Of a stretch of DNA of 64,000 nucleotides, positions 21,030-33,972 are shown in pieces. Made by a program: the position numbers and the translations under genes. The notes under the pieces are model-generated. The model did no database searches. It saw only the letters and a list, made by a program, of their open reading frames with translations, and was not told where the DNA came from. How positions within the stretch are numbered: position 1 is the stretch's first letter; every line of letters begins with the position of its first letter. The stretch lies in NCBI RefSeq assembly GCF_000143415.4, contig NW_003314267.1:2831839-2895838 (forward strand), read 5' to 3'. The stretch is from Selaginella moellendorffii (lineage: Eukaryota; Plantae; Lycopodiophyta).

Positions 21030-21830
21030 ATGTACACTCTCTCCTTACTATCAAAATAGCAAAAGAATGGTACAATTAGATTCCTATATTAGCCCCTTGT
21101 GTGCTAGTGGAGTTAACTAGACATCTCAATTGTACTTAGACTAGACAAGTATAAGGACATAATTATTACATGCTATTAAGCATACTTAGCCCGATAAGGA
21201 GGTCCCTTTTTATTGTGTCTTGCACTAGTTAGTGACAAGAACCATCACATATTAAGCCTAGTCCCTCAATACTACTATATGATAGCTTGCCGTAACCTCA
21301 CTATTATACCCTATGTGTTAGTTCCTTTCTAGTTCCATATGACATTTATGGTAAGTGTCTGGATTTGCTTGAGGGGCATATTTATGGAATTTAGAGAGTG
21401 TCTTGAACCCCATGATGTTGTTCCCATATTCTAATTCAAGATCTAGTGCCATTCCATATTTAGCAAGTTTTTAAGTTTGTCCTAGAGACTAACTTCTGAA
21501 ATTGGCATGCATTCCTAAAGGGGGGTGGAGGGGTTGTAAAGGGTTCCGAATATGTAGTAGGGATAGTAGTTAAAAGTATAATTGACCAACTAAAATATTA
21601 GTTTAACTTCTATTGGGTTATGTCACTCCTTGTTCTACATCTAGCTTGGTTCCATGCTACTCTAGTTAGTGGGGTACCCTCCTCCTTGCGTTAGGCCATC
21701 GGTATATTGAAATTGTGCTAGACTTCGTCTAAAACTATTTTATATATAGAAGTTGGATATAGGGAGCTAGTGCTTGTAAAGGATATTGAGTGCATATCAA
21801 ACCCTTATTTTGTGGTGTAATGGGCTTGGA
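21030..21830 (-). repeat. Degenerate family-C LTR-like fragment
   Basis: Colinear with 22720-24030; provides the empty site for the Cassandra insertion. Confidence 0.65.
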
Positions 21831-22699
21831 GTTCAACTCCAAATTTATGTGCACTACAATGCTAGCATCTTCTTTTTTAAAATAGCAAGCACATAATTGC
21901 TCTAATATTGTTTTGTTTTTATAAAGACCAAATATATCACAAGCATACTCATATCAATAAATAAAAAAGGATTAAATACTTACAAATGCTACTACAAAGT
22001 GATGATATATTTTGGGTGATTGAAATACATGCAAGGTGATTAGGCTGAGAGTTCAATGAAATTGAGATGAATTTAACAAATGTATAGGAGGGCCACCAAG
22101 GAGTATTTATATGGGTTCATCGGTTTAAATCTAGATAAAAAATTTATGATCCATAATATATTCTTATAATAGTAACTTTGCAATATATGAAACAGTTTTG
22201 GAGGGAGATAGTGTCAAGTGGCTTGGTACTTTAAAAGTATGATATTAACTATGGAGTGGTATCACTTAATCATTATAAAGGATGTTTGGCATGTCCTTTT
22301 ATGCTGATTTCTTGCAATGACTTAAAGAATATATAAGCATATGGAATTTGTACACAATCTACACTATCACAAATAAGTGGGTCCTCTAACTGGCTATGTC
22401 ATCCCCACATTCCATATGGTGTCAAAGCAACTTCTAGAACAAGGACTTCAAGTGTTTCCAGAGGCTTTAGAAGTGATTGGCAACCTCAAGTTCCATGTTG
22501 AAGTTGACAAGTGTACCATTATCAGCAACAACATGGATCTTCATGCTGCCCTTCTCACAAAATGCAGTATCACTCTATCAAAAGAGAGAGAGATCATAAG
22601 TTCTCCTAAGTAAAATATTATTGCAACTATGACTGTGGGTATTGAAAGTTATTTGTCAACGAGTCCTTTTAAATATTCTTTTCTTATTGCCACAACTGA

Positions 22700-24337
22700 A
22701 GGAGGTCACTATTGTTGAACCCTTTATTAATCCCTCTTGTGCTACTGGAGTTAATTAGGCATTTCAAGTGTACTTAGACCCAATCAGCATAAGGACGAAA
22801 TTCTTACATACTATTAGCTAATCATACTTAGCTTGGTAAGGAGTGTAAGCTCTTGAATTTGGCTCGGGAGGTCACCCAGCCCAGTACTATTCAAACCCAA
22901 GGATGCTTAACCCCAAGTATCCCAAGACCCTTAATCGATTAGAAAACGGGGTGCACTGTTGTTCATGGGTCCTTTCCCTCTATATTTGAACCCCTATGGA
23001 TCGTCTCTCGAGTCGTTCTCTTTGGTTGCTTACAATCCACCACGCTTCCCTACAAATTCACACCCTCGTGAACAGAAGCTGAAAGCCGCAACTCTCCCGA
23101 GAGCCCCGCTCTCTTGACACCTTACCCCTCGGGTCAAGCCCAATAGGAGCAAACTGAACTAGCCAGATGTCAATCAATATGTGGTGTGATTCCCATAACC
23201 AACCAACAGAGTCGGACCCGAGACCTCTCTGATACTAAATATAAGTTCTTGAATTTGGACTTCCCGAGAGGTTACCCAGCCCAGTACTATTCAAACCCAA
23301 GGACACTTAACCCCAAGTATCCCAAAACCCTTAATCGATTGGAAAAGGGGGTGCACTCTTGTTCATGGGCCCTTTCCCTTTATATTTGAACCCCTATGGA
23401 TCGTCTCTCGAGTCGTTCTCTTTGGTTGCTTACAATGAGTTCCCATCTTATTGTATCTTGCACTAGCTAGTGACAAGAACCCCCACATATTGAGCTCTAC
23501 TTAATATCACTAGATGATAACTTATGGAGTTTACCAAACACTCTCGCTATTATGCCCCTTGTGTTGGTTCCATTCTAGTCCTAGTTTAGCTATTTATGGA
23601 AAGTGTCTAGAACTGCTAATTGGGCATATCTACAGAATGTAGAGATTGTCTAGAACACAATGGTGTTGTTCTTTTTTGTCTAAATTTCATTCCATATTTA
23701 GTAAGCTTCAAGCTTGTTCTAGAAACTAACTCCTAATACTAAGGGTGAAAGCCCAAAGCATGCATTCCTCAGAGGGGGAAAGTGGGGTGGGGGGAGTTAT
23801 AGGGGGTTCCAAATATATAGTAGGGATAGTGGGTAAGTCAGGCATACCCAACCAATCTAAGGCATAATTTAACTCTTACTTGTGTATCTATACTTGTTCT
23901 GTGTCTGGCTTGGGTCTAAGCCCAAATTCCATACCATGCTACCCATATCCTCGCATTAGGCCACCGATATACTGAAATAGTGCTAGACTCCATTTAGCTC
24001 CGTTTTGTGTAATGGACTTAGCATTGGGATGCTAAAAGCTCTAAGACTATTTCGACATCGTTCCATACTCCTGTCTTTTGGCTCCTTAGGTTATACAATC
24101 AAGAGTTGCTCCATGCACTAATACCTTTACTCTTTGGCTCCATGCTTAGGAGTTTAGCTCCATCCCTTTATTCAGTGGCCCAATCCCCTAAAATTCAAGT
24201 TTTGCTCCATTGCCTTTGAATTGTGGCATAAGGCTCATGGCATGTGACATTTGGCATATAGAGGATTTAGGTTTTGTTTCATGGTTATCCTATGGTAAAT
24301 CACTATAGGATAAAGGGTGAAAATCATGTATGCTATA
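22700..24337 (-). repeat. Family-C LTR-like fragment with terminus at 24337, interrupted by Cassandra
   Basis: Reverse complement aligns with 60852-61402 (TGTAGTGCC terminus) and 55410-55850. Confidence 0.7.
22844..23434 (-). mobile_element. Complete Cassandra TRIM (5S rRNA-derived LTRs)
   Basis: LTRs 22844-23034 and 23240-23434; TSD AGGAG/ATGAG; PBS-Met-like 23227-23237; PPT at 23035; minus-strand LTR matches the 5S rRNA internal control region GTTAAGCGTGCTTGGG..GTAGTACTAGGATGGGTGACCTCCTGGGAAGTCC. Confidence 0.92.
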
Positions 24338-24379
24338 AATGCAGTGAAATTTCTTGCAATAGTGACAATAACTGATCTA

Positions 24380-26900
24380 TAGATACTATTATGGAATGTA
24401 AGAGGTATTGGTAAAAATGGTGTGTTTTAGAGAGATAAGAGGGTGAAACCATGATTAATTATCCTCTCGTATTCTATGTTCCTAGAAACAAAGGAATCAC
24501 ATGATCCAAGCACTCATCTAACTAACAAATATACTGTGTTTAAGTTTTCTCAAAGAGAAAAATTATAGAATCTAGAGATTGGTAGATGCAAGGGACCTTG
24601 ATCATAGTGAAAGGACTATAGCAATTACTCTCTTCCCATTAGATTCTTGTCCTAGGATGTGTGCACATGATCACCCTTAAATTACACACCTAAACCATAT
24701 GACTCTTGAATATCTATGCCTCAGCCTCCAATTTGGCCAGCAGTGCACACTTCTTTTTGGTCATAAAGCATTGCCTCCTTACTGGAATTGACAACTAGTG
24801 ACTTCAACTTTATGGATCACAAGGATGATAAGTGAGGTGGAGTACTTTAGGATTGATATAGTGGGGTGCAAAGACCTACATGGAATTCCCTTGTCTTGGT
24901 ACTTGGAACATATGATATGAGATCCTTGGATTTGTTGTATATGAATCTCTGTGCACTTGGTAAGAATGTCAAAGCAAAGGTATCCAAAGACAACTAAACC
25001 GCTTCTACCTCACCATAGACTTGTCTATACAAGGTGGCAAACTAGATATTGACAACATAGATCATCACCCCATCAAACTTTGGGGCTTCAAAAACCAACA
25101 GCAATCCCAAAAAAAAAATTGAGAATAACAATTGACACCAACATAAACAATTGCAAAAATATAACAAGGATCTACACTTTTTTACACTCCATGTTGCTAA
25201 GGAGATTCTCTCTAAGATCCAAAAAGACAAGTGAGGAGTCTTTAGCACAGTTCAATGCATCTGAGTGGTTCTCAATTCAATCAATGTTGATTTTCAGAAC
25301 AATCCCAAGAATCCATAGCTGCATATATAGAAAATTCAAGTTAAGTGCTAATTGGATAAGATTGAGGCAAACAAAATGAAAAGTAGGGCACATCTAGTGG
25401 CATACTAGTGAATTAGCACTGAATAGAGAGTTTTATCTCTCCATAAAACCTAAGATTGTCTCATCTCTAATGTTTGGCCTCAAGGACAAACAAGACAACG
25501 TAAATACAGACTTGGATGACATGCATCATATGGCAGAATAGTACTGCACTGAGCTTTTCAAAGCAAAGGCCTAGGACTAGAATTGACATATAAAATTGAA
25601 TCAACTACTAGAGCATGTCCCTATCAAATACACTTTGCCAATATGCACTATAAATGAACTCCAAAAGGTGCTACACAACTTAAAAGATGATAAGATGCTA
25701 GGCTAAGATAGGATGCTGCCAACCTTCTACAAAAAGAGCTGGGAATGGTTAGGGCTATAAGTTTTCAACATTTGGAAGGAGGTCATATACACTAGAGAAT
25801 GGCTATAGAAAATTCTATTGATGGGATTATTGCACTCATACCAAAAAATGAGATATATATTTAAAAGAATAAATTTACTTCAAGACATAAAAATACTCCA
25901 AGACATAAAGAATACCATCTCTCAATATCCCATCTTCAATCACCACTAAGTCTTCCATTTATAGTAGTTTCCACCAACACCACCATTGGTTTAAGGCCTA
26001 GAGGCCCATTCACTAAAAACTGCTAATCTCTGAAGCTTCATCACCACATATCTATACCCTTGATCACTATAGCACACTTTATTTTTCTCCGCTTAATCCA
26101 ATTTGAAAAGGGGCAATTGCTTTATGAAAGAGCCCTTAGTGGCTATTTTACCCCCATTTATTCCCCAAGGTTCCAAGGATCCACGATGATAGTATGTCTA
26201 AATCTCATCACATTATCATATGGGCTACATTCACCTCCCCTTTAGAGATGTTACTGTCTTCATTAACTATTGACTAATAACCCCTACTAAGCGAAGGGGA
26301 ACCAGCGCCTCCATTTCTACACTGAATATAGCAATTCTTTCATTGTGTAGAATAGTTATTCCATGTGAAGCAATTAATTATCCACCTGTACCATAGTCCC
26401 ATAGTGGATACCTTCGTCAATGAATGTTCCACTAAGAGGAAAGATGTATGCATGGATGCCCAATACGTACAATTTTAAATTTAGGGGTAAGAATATACCT
26501 TACTCAAGGGTATATTATATTTTTAAGTAGCCATTAATCAATGGGAATCAAACCCATGCCATTTGCTCCGATACCACATATAATACACCGTATCTCTCCC
26601 CTTAAGCCAATTGGAAAAAGGGTAATTGCTTTATGAGAGAGCCCTTAGTGGTTATTTTATTCCCATTTATCCCCCAAGGTTCCAAGGATCCATGGTGACA
26701 GTATATCCAAATCTCATTCCATGATCATATGCGCTACAGTCACTAAACAAGAGGACCGCTCTTCTTCTCCAAGATCTAGAACTTCAAAATGGCATTTCAA
26801 AGCACCGCAGCCTAGCACGAGCATTGTGGCTACTCCCTCCACCTTGCACCACTAGGATGCCTCAGCTATATGGCTAGAGCAAGGTTTTGATAAGCTATAT
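24380..26900 (+). mobile_element. Decayed L1/Tx1-type LINE ORF2 (APE endonuclease, start of RT, probable C-terminal remnant)
   Basis: ILLWNVRGIG, LETK, LLNIYA, DFN, LNRFY motifs; DDKMLG*DRMLPTFYKKSWEW and GIIALIPK at 25690-25850; the 3' part is weaker. Confidence 0.7.
26068..26738 (-). mobile_element. Complete TRIM, family D (~160-bp LTRs)
   Basis: LTRs 26068-26229 and 26579-26738; TSD ATCAC/GTCAC; PBS TGGTATCGGAGC at 26565-26576 (minus); PPT at 26230-26242. Confidence 0.9.
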
Positions 26901-26912
26901 AAAGTATTCAAT

Positions 26913-27052
26913 TGTAATCTCTTGAATTTGGACTTTCTGGGAGGTCATATAGCCTAATAGTATTCAAACCCAAGGATATATGACACCAAATATCCCAAAA
27001 CCCTTAACCGATTGAAAAAGGATATGCATTCTTGTTTATAAGCCCTTTCCCT
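26913..27052 (-). mobile_element. Truncated Cassandra LTR
   Basis: TGTAATCTCTTGAATTTGGACTTTCTGGGAGGTC... aligns to 23240-23380. Confidence 0.8.
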
Positions 27053-28724
27053 TAGTTGCATTTGGAGGAATATAAGTTGCTTGAATCCTTGCCTTTATCA
27101 CTTCCCAAATGGCCACCGATTCCTCGTTGGCCTCTGTCATTAATTTTAATATTATATGCTAAATATGCTTTTGCATATAAAACTTTTTCCAAGTTTGGTA
27201 ACTGCAATACTCAAAAATAAAACTTCATATTGTAAAACCAATCCTCCACCCACTTTATAGTCATTCACTCCTTTTAAAATTAGTGGGGGCATTGATTTGT
27301 ACTTAAGAACTGTTTGAGGGATAAACTCCACCTCAATTTGCTTGATTTTGTCTAGTCTTGCCTCAATGCTTGCCAAATGGTCAACACTTTCTGCACTACC
27401 AGCATTACAGTCTTTTGCCTTTTCTTTTGTTTTTCGTCATACTTTAACTTGTGTATAAGGGTCTTTACCAAAGTATTGATATGTAGCAATTGACCATCTA
27501 GAGTATCCAATCAAGCCTTGGATAATTGAACCTCGCCACTAAACACTTATTTGGAAGTCTCCTCACTAGAATCCTCCTTATGTAGGGATTCCTCATCGTA
27601 GTTCTTTGTTTGACTGGAGGTTCCATCTTGGATTTAGATACTCATTGCACAAGCATTAGGGTACTAGCAGGGATCCCAGCTCCGCTGGGAAAAGTAGAAA
27701 ATGTTTTCAATCTAAAAAAATTGTAATTTTAGCAGCCTTATTGGTTGTGCTATCTACTGCCTCCCTGCTTATGTCCAAGATCTTAAAATGATCATGCATT
27801 GAGACAATAAAGATCATGATAGAATATGAGACACACTTGTTCTTAGCCATGCTATGAGTTTAAAAACATTCTCGATGTTTGTGTGTCAAGCGCGAAGAAC
27901 ACAACCAGCATGCCTTAATTCCATAGAACTTTCAGTTTGGTAGGAGATATTGAACAAGAACTCTGACTCAAGAAATTTTGCCATGCTCAGCAGGGGATGA
28001 GCAATTCTCACAGTCTACTTGGATGCATAACTCCATGTTTTTATTCTAGAACATTTGGGTTTTGTTATAACAAGTAGTTTTGTTCATATTAGGTTTCTGA
28101 GTTTGTGTTGAAGAATGGAGTGCACAGTGGGTGGACTGAAAAAGGTCAGAGACAACCTAGAGGAGGGAATTGTTCTGAGGATTACAAAATTGGATTCCAA
28201 ACCTGGTGCTATTGCAGGAAAGATTTCTGTGCTGATGGCAATAAAGTTATGGAAGCATGTGGATCCTTTCGTATGGCGAATGCCATTACTTCTTGGGCTA
28301 TTCAAGAAAAAAGCTGTGACTATTTATTCTTTGTGTTACAGGTCTTTGATAATTTCCAACGTTTTTTACATGGAGTGTGGGGTTTGGAAGCATATCCCTA
28401 ACAAAGCCATTGCTGTAGAGGAGTATAAAGGAGTGAGTGTAATTTTCATTTTCTTAAGAGTTTAGAAATGTAACAGTGTTTGCTTTTTTCCGTATGTGTG
28501 ATGGAATTCAAAAGGTTTGTGTTTGTGTCATTAAAGTATTAACTGTGTTACACCCAATTTATTACAGGGAAAAAATTCTAGGAGGCATGGAATGAAAGAG
28601 TCCCTCATAAGAGAGATACTTTATATGCTTGGTTTTTCTGTGAAAGGAGATTTAAAGTATTTTCATTTACCCAAAATGGAGAAGAAGAAGAAAAAATTTA
28701 CCCAGATGGCAATGAACCGTTAAT

Positions 28725-29265
<541 letters not shown>

Positions 29266-32200
29266 GCAGAGTTATCAAAGTTAGCAGAGTGAATGATGAA
29301 AGAAAGCTTCTTTACCGTTTTTCTCCAGATTTGAGTCTTCCTCCGGGAAGCTTGAAAACATATTTTGCTGCTTGTGGGTGATGGCAGACCCTACAAGATC
29401 TTTCTCCCTGTCTCTTGTGAGATCTTTGTCCCTGTCTCTCCCACCAACATGCTCACCGACACTGGCTTTACCACTACATACATGTAAGCGTTCCCAAAAA
29501 CCTGGTGGAGAATTCTTGTGCAACCTTGAGGTCTTCTCGCTGGTGATGCTGCTGCTGCTGCTGCTGTGATTCCAACTTACCTGTAGCATGAATTTGGCTC
29601 TACCATTAGGTTCTAGGCAGCCTTTCTGTCACCATACTACCGTTAAAAGCTGTGACACAAAAAACATACCCCAACCGTAGAACTTTCTTCATAGCAAAAC
29701 ATACAAAGCACGATGTATCCCAAAATATTCACTGACTTTCTCTGAAAAGAATAGATATAAGAGGTTCCACTCTGTAATCACAAAGAAAGGATAGTTATAC
29801 TTATTGCATTTCCTTTTACTTTTAATTGTTGCCTACTTGACAGTTTGTTTGCATGGTTGTGTAGAATGTATTGTCTTTATCCATCTTCCTCTTGTCACTT
29901 TTTTATGCTTAGAAACTTAATACATACATAGGTAAACTTCATGTTTATGTCAAGCATTATTTACCATCACATCTCACCATTGTGGAGTTATCATTCTCCA
30001 TCTCTTCAAAAACTTGGAGAGGTAGTTTTTGAATCAACCCATCAAAACTCTTATTCAGTTTCTATACTATAACAGTGCATATACACGTGACTTAGATAGA
30101 AAATAAAGAGAGAGTTTGAATTCAACTCAAACTTAGTTTAGCTGGTATCAGCAATAATGAAGCTCCTACAAAGCACAGAACTCACACACTTCACACACTT
30201 AAGCATATCCATTGCCACCTTTTGATCATCTCTCCAAGTCCTTGTGAACTTTACAGGCACCAAGCAGTCACTAAAGAAGTGAATGACATTCTCTTGATGA
30301 ACCTATGTGCATCTTGTATTAGTTTAGTTCTCTTGAGAAAGTCTAGAGCTCATGCGATAAGTCCACATTAGCCACATTCTCAATATCATCATCTCACGCC
30401 ACACAGGAGGATCATACAAGAGTGGAAGTGCCTGGAAATTTAGAAGCAGAGAAAACATTGTCTTCTTATTTCAAGTTATTACTTTCTGATCATCCATCCA
30501 GAGGAAATAAGTGAACAGTTAGGCAGCACACTGAGTACAAGGGTCACCACATCTGTGATCCATACACTGCAAATATTTTAAAACCGTATGAACTGTTTGT
30601 AGGACATTNNNNNNNNNNNNNNNNNNNNNNNNNNNNNNNNNNNNNNNNNNNNNNNNNNNNNNNNNNNNNNNNNNNNNNNNNNNNNNNNNNNNNNNNNNNN
30701 NNNNNNNNNNNNNNNNNNNNNNNNNNNNNNNNNNNNNNNNNNNNNNNNNNNNNNNNNNNNNNNNNNNNNNNNNNNNNNNNNNNNNNNNNNNNNNNNNNNN
30801 NNNNNNNNCAAACTCTATGCTCAAGCCCTGGAAGAATGCATGAAACCCTATCTTCCGGCCTGCTATGAGAGTGCTTGACAGCACGTGAGGGATCTTTTTG
30901 GTGGTTTCCTCTTTGCAATGAATGGATCTCGTTAGTGAGTGTACGGTTCCATTGGGACCCCTGCTCGTGAAACTCCTTCCTTTTGCTCACTCACACGCAG
31001 AGGAGATAGCACAGCAATTGTTTGATAAATGCTCTGATATCAGTAGCACTAAAGAGGAGGAAAATTCTGAGGGACAGTGAGCATAACTGCGAGTGTGCGC
31101 TCATATTTACATGATTCTGAGTCCGTGCAAACATGGACTTTAAGTAAGCCTTTGCAAAAGTGACAGTGAGTGATATGGTGTAAGCTTTGTATTGCTTACT
31201 TGTTGCTTAGTTTTTCAACAGGAATACCAGAGGAGAAGAGACGTCTTGCGACAGGCCAACTATAGGCTCCATGGTACCTCTTATTTCTCTATAAAATATG
31301 TAGATGACTTGATGATTATGCTTTTTCTGAGATTGACGACAAACAGTAAGCATATGTTTGTTTTTCCATTTTCTTTTTTCACTGTGACTATTTATTCTTT
31401 GTGTTACAGGTCTTTGATAATTTCCAACGTTTTTTACATGGAGTGTGGGGTTTGGAAGCATATCCCTGACAAAGCCATTGCTGTAGAGGAGTATAAAGGA
31501 GTGAGTGTAGTTTTCATTTTTTTAAGAGTTTAGAAATGTAACAACCTTAAAGCTTACATTGGACCATGACACAGGAGCCTTGCAGAAAGGATGTTACACC
31601 CAATTTATTACAGGGAGAAAATTCTAGGAGGCATGGAATGAAAGAGTCCCTCATAAGAGAGATACTTTATATGCTTGGTCTTTCTGCGAAAGGAGATTCT
31701 GTGAAATACTGTGTCATTAGTAATAATTTTCTAAGGATGTACATTAGTAAACAATTTAATGGTTTATGTAGAGGACTTCTCGACACATATGTTACTGTTA
31801 TGTGTGTAGGTCAGAGTGCTCACTTAGAGCGAAGAGGAAAAGACATTTGTTATTTTTTGGTAGCCAGTCAAGGGCAGGAGACACCTTATAAATAATGTAG
31901 TATTACAACACAAATACAATTGAATCTGGCACCACTTCACTTAATTTGTCCTCAAACATGTAGATGTGGCCATGGTCACTATTCTTTGTTTGTCTTTCTT
32001 AGTTCTCTCTTTCTCTGCAAGTTGGTGAAGTTGGATTGGATCCTACCTAGTGTGTCACAATAATCAATTGACGACGCTCCTTGTCTCCAGACTCATTGGA
32101 TTTGTACAGCACCGTGCCCCTGTAGAGAAACACATGGTCATCACCACCACTTCTAGAGCTGCTCTGGATCACCGCCACCACATTGAAGCTCACCTTGCCA

Positions 32201-32446
32201 CTGGGTTGGGCAGAAATGGCTCCAAAGTGATAGAGCAAATCAGTGACCTCATCAATCTCTGCTCGTGGGTGATGGCCAACCCTGCAAGATCTTCTTCCCT
32301 GTCCCTTCGTCCCTGTCCCTCGCACTGCCCTTCTTACCTGGCCGCTAGGTACATGTGACTGATCCCAAACTCCTGGTGGAGAATTCTCATGGCCTTGAGA
32401 TCTTCTCGCTGGTGATGTTGCTGCTGCTGCTGCTGTGACTCCGACT

Positions 32447-32451
<5 letters not shown>

Positions 32452-32489
<38 letters not shown>
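32452..32489. repeat. (TC)n microsatellite
   Basis: About 19 TC units. Confidence 0.95.
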
Positions 32490-32491
<2 letters not shown>

Positions 32492-33184
32492 GCCACTGCT
32501 GTTATTTATCATAGTGGTGCTCAAATTTTGTATCCTGGATCCACATGAGAATGACGTGACAGCAAAGAGCAAGACTTACCTGTAGCATTAAGTCGACTCT
32601 ACCATTGGGACTTCTAAATAGCTTTTCTGCCACCATACTACCGATAAAAACTGTGACAAAACCATACCCCAACCGAAGAATTTCCTCTAGCTTTGATAGC
32701 AGAACTTACAAACCACTATGATTACCTGTACCCCGACATATTCACTGACTTTCTCCAAAAGAATAGATATCAGAGGTTCCACTTTGTAATCAGGACGAAA
32801 GGATAAATGTAAACGGTGGTAACACATAAATATATTGATACCTGTAGGAAACAGGATCATATGGGTGAAATATGTTCATCATTTGCCTGCATGATGGCTT
32901 TTTTTCTTCAATGCCTTCACCTTCCCAGTACTCATGACCTGTTATTATGCAAACACATTCAAACAACACTGCAAAAACAGTAAATCACACACATACCCCT
33001 TCCGAAGTATACATTCCAGAGACTTAGAAACAGTGGCAATACAACTGCGCAAAATGCGAGAAAGAAACTTATTAACAGTGAAGAATCAAAAAGCTCGCTC
33101 TCCTTATTTTGTTCCAATGCTGCGCAGTGACACGATAGAGAGTCAAACATAAAACCCTTAGATATAAACAGCCAGAACCGTTGA

Positions 33185-33672
33185 ATTTCAGACACACGGC
33201 CACAGAGATGGGATTTGAACTTACTCTTTCTGCAACTTCTCCTTCTCATCCTCCTCTATCTTGGTGCACAAGTTGTCACTCTGCAGCAGCACAAAAATGA
33301 AACAAAGTGATGAAACAGGTCAGCTACCTTCTTCACAAACTACTACCTCACACTCTCCAGATATGGCAGCGAGTTCCGGTAATGGGAAACAGAGAACAAA
33401 CAAATCTTTTTCTTCGTCTCGAGTTAATGTTCCTCTTCACTGCAACACGGTTGGATTCAGACACATGGCCATAGAGATGGGATTTGGGCTTACTCTTTCT
33501 ACAGCTTCTCTTTCTCATCCTCCTCTATCTTGGTGCCCAAGTTGTCACTTTGCAGCAGCACGAAAATAAAATAAAGTGATGAAACAGGTCAGCTACCTTC
33601 TCCACAAACTACTACCTCACACTCTCCAAATATGGCAGTGAGTTCTGGTAATGAGAAACAGAGAACAAACAA
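33185..33672 (+). repeat. Direct duplication of ~215 bp (33185-33403 and 33455-33672)
   Basis: Repeated TTCAGACAC.GGCCA.AGAGATGGGATTTG...GAAACAGAGAACAAACAAA. Confidence 0.9.
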
Positions 33673-33832
33673 AAAACACCTCTGATGTCCCAGATTTGAA
33701 CTGCAGAAGTTCTTGAGGTTCTGGATGTATGGAGGGGAAAACTCTTCATCTGGTGTGTTGCTTCTCCCGAATTAAAATTTCAACATAAAAAATGCTCCAG
33801 ATACGAACAGCCATATTAACTGTTTAATAAGA

Positions 33833-33972
33833 GGATTTTACATCTAGACCATTGATTTCACGAATCCAAGGGTAAGAGTGGATTTTACATCTAGACCATT
33901 GATTTCACAAATCCAAGGGTAAGAGTGGATTTTACATCTAGACCATTGATTTCACGAATCCAAGGGTAAGAG
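33833..33972 (+). repeat. 47-bp tandem repeat x3
   Basis: GGATTTTACATCTAGACCATTGATTTCAC(G/A)AATCCAAGGGTAAGAGT starts at 33833, 33880 and 33927. Confidence 0.95.

Noticed and set aside
23257-23311. 5S rRNA gene
   Set aside because: Only ~55 nt of similarity, embedded in paired LTRs with PBS, PPT and TSD, so it is Cassandra
30170-32360. Additional exon-like fragments in H1 (also 27060-27650 and 54400-54900)
   Set aside because: They look coding in places, but I could not assign them to any family
33833-33972. CRISPR-like regular repeat
   Set aside because: The units are contiguous with no unique spacers; eukaryotic context and no cas genes
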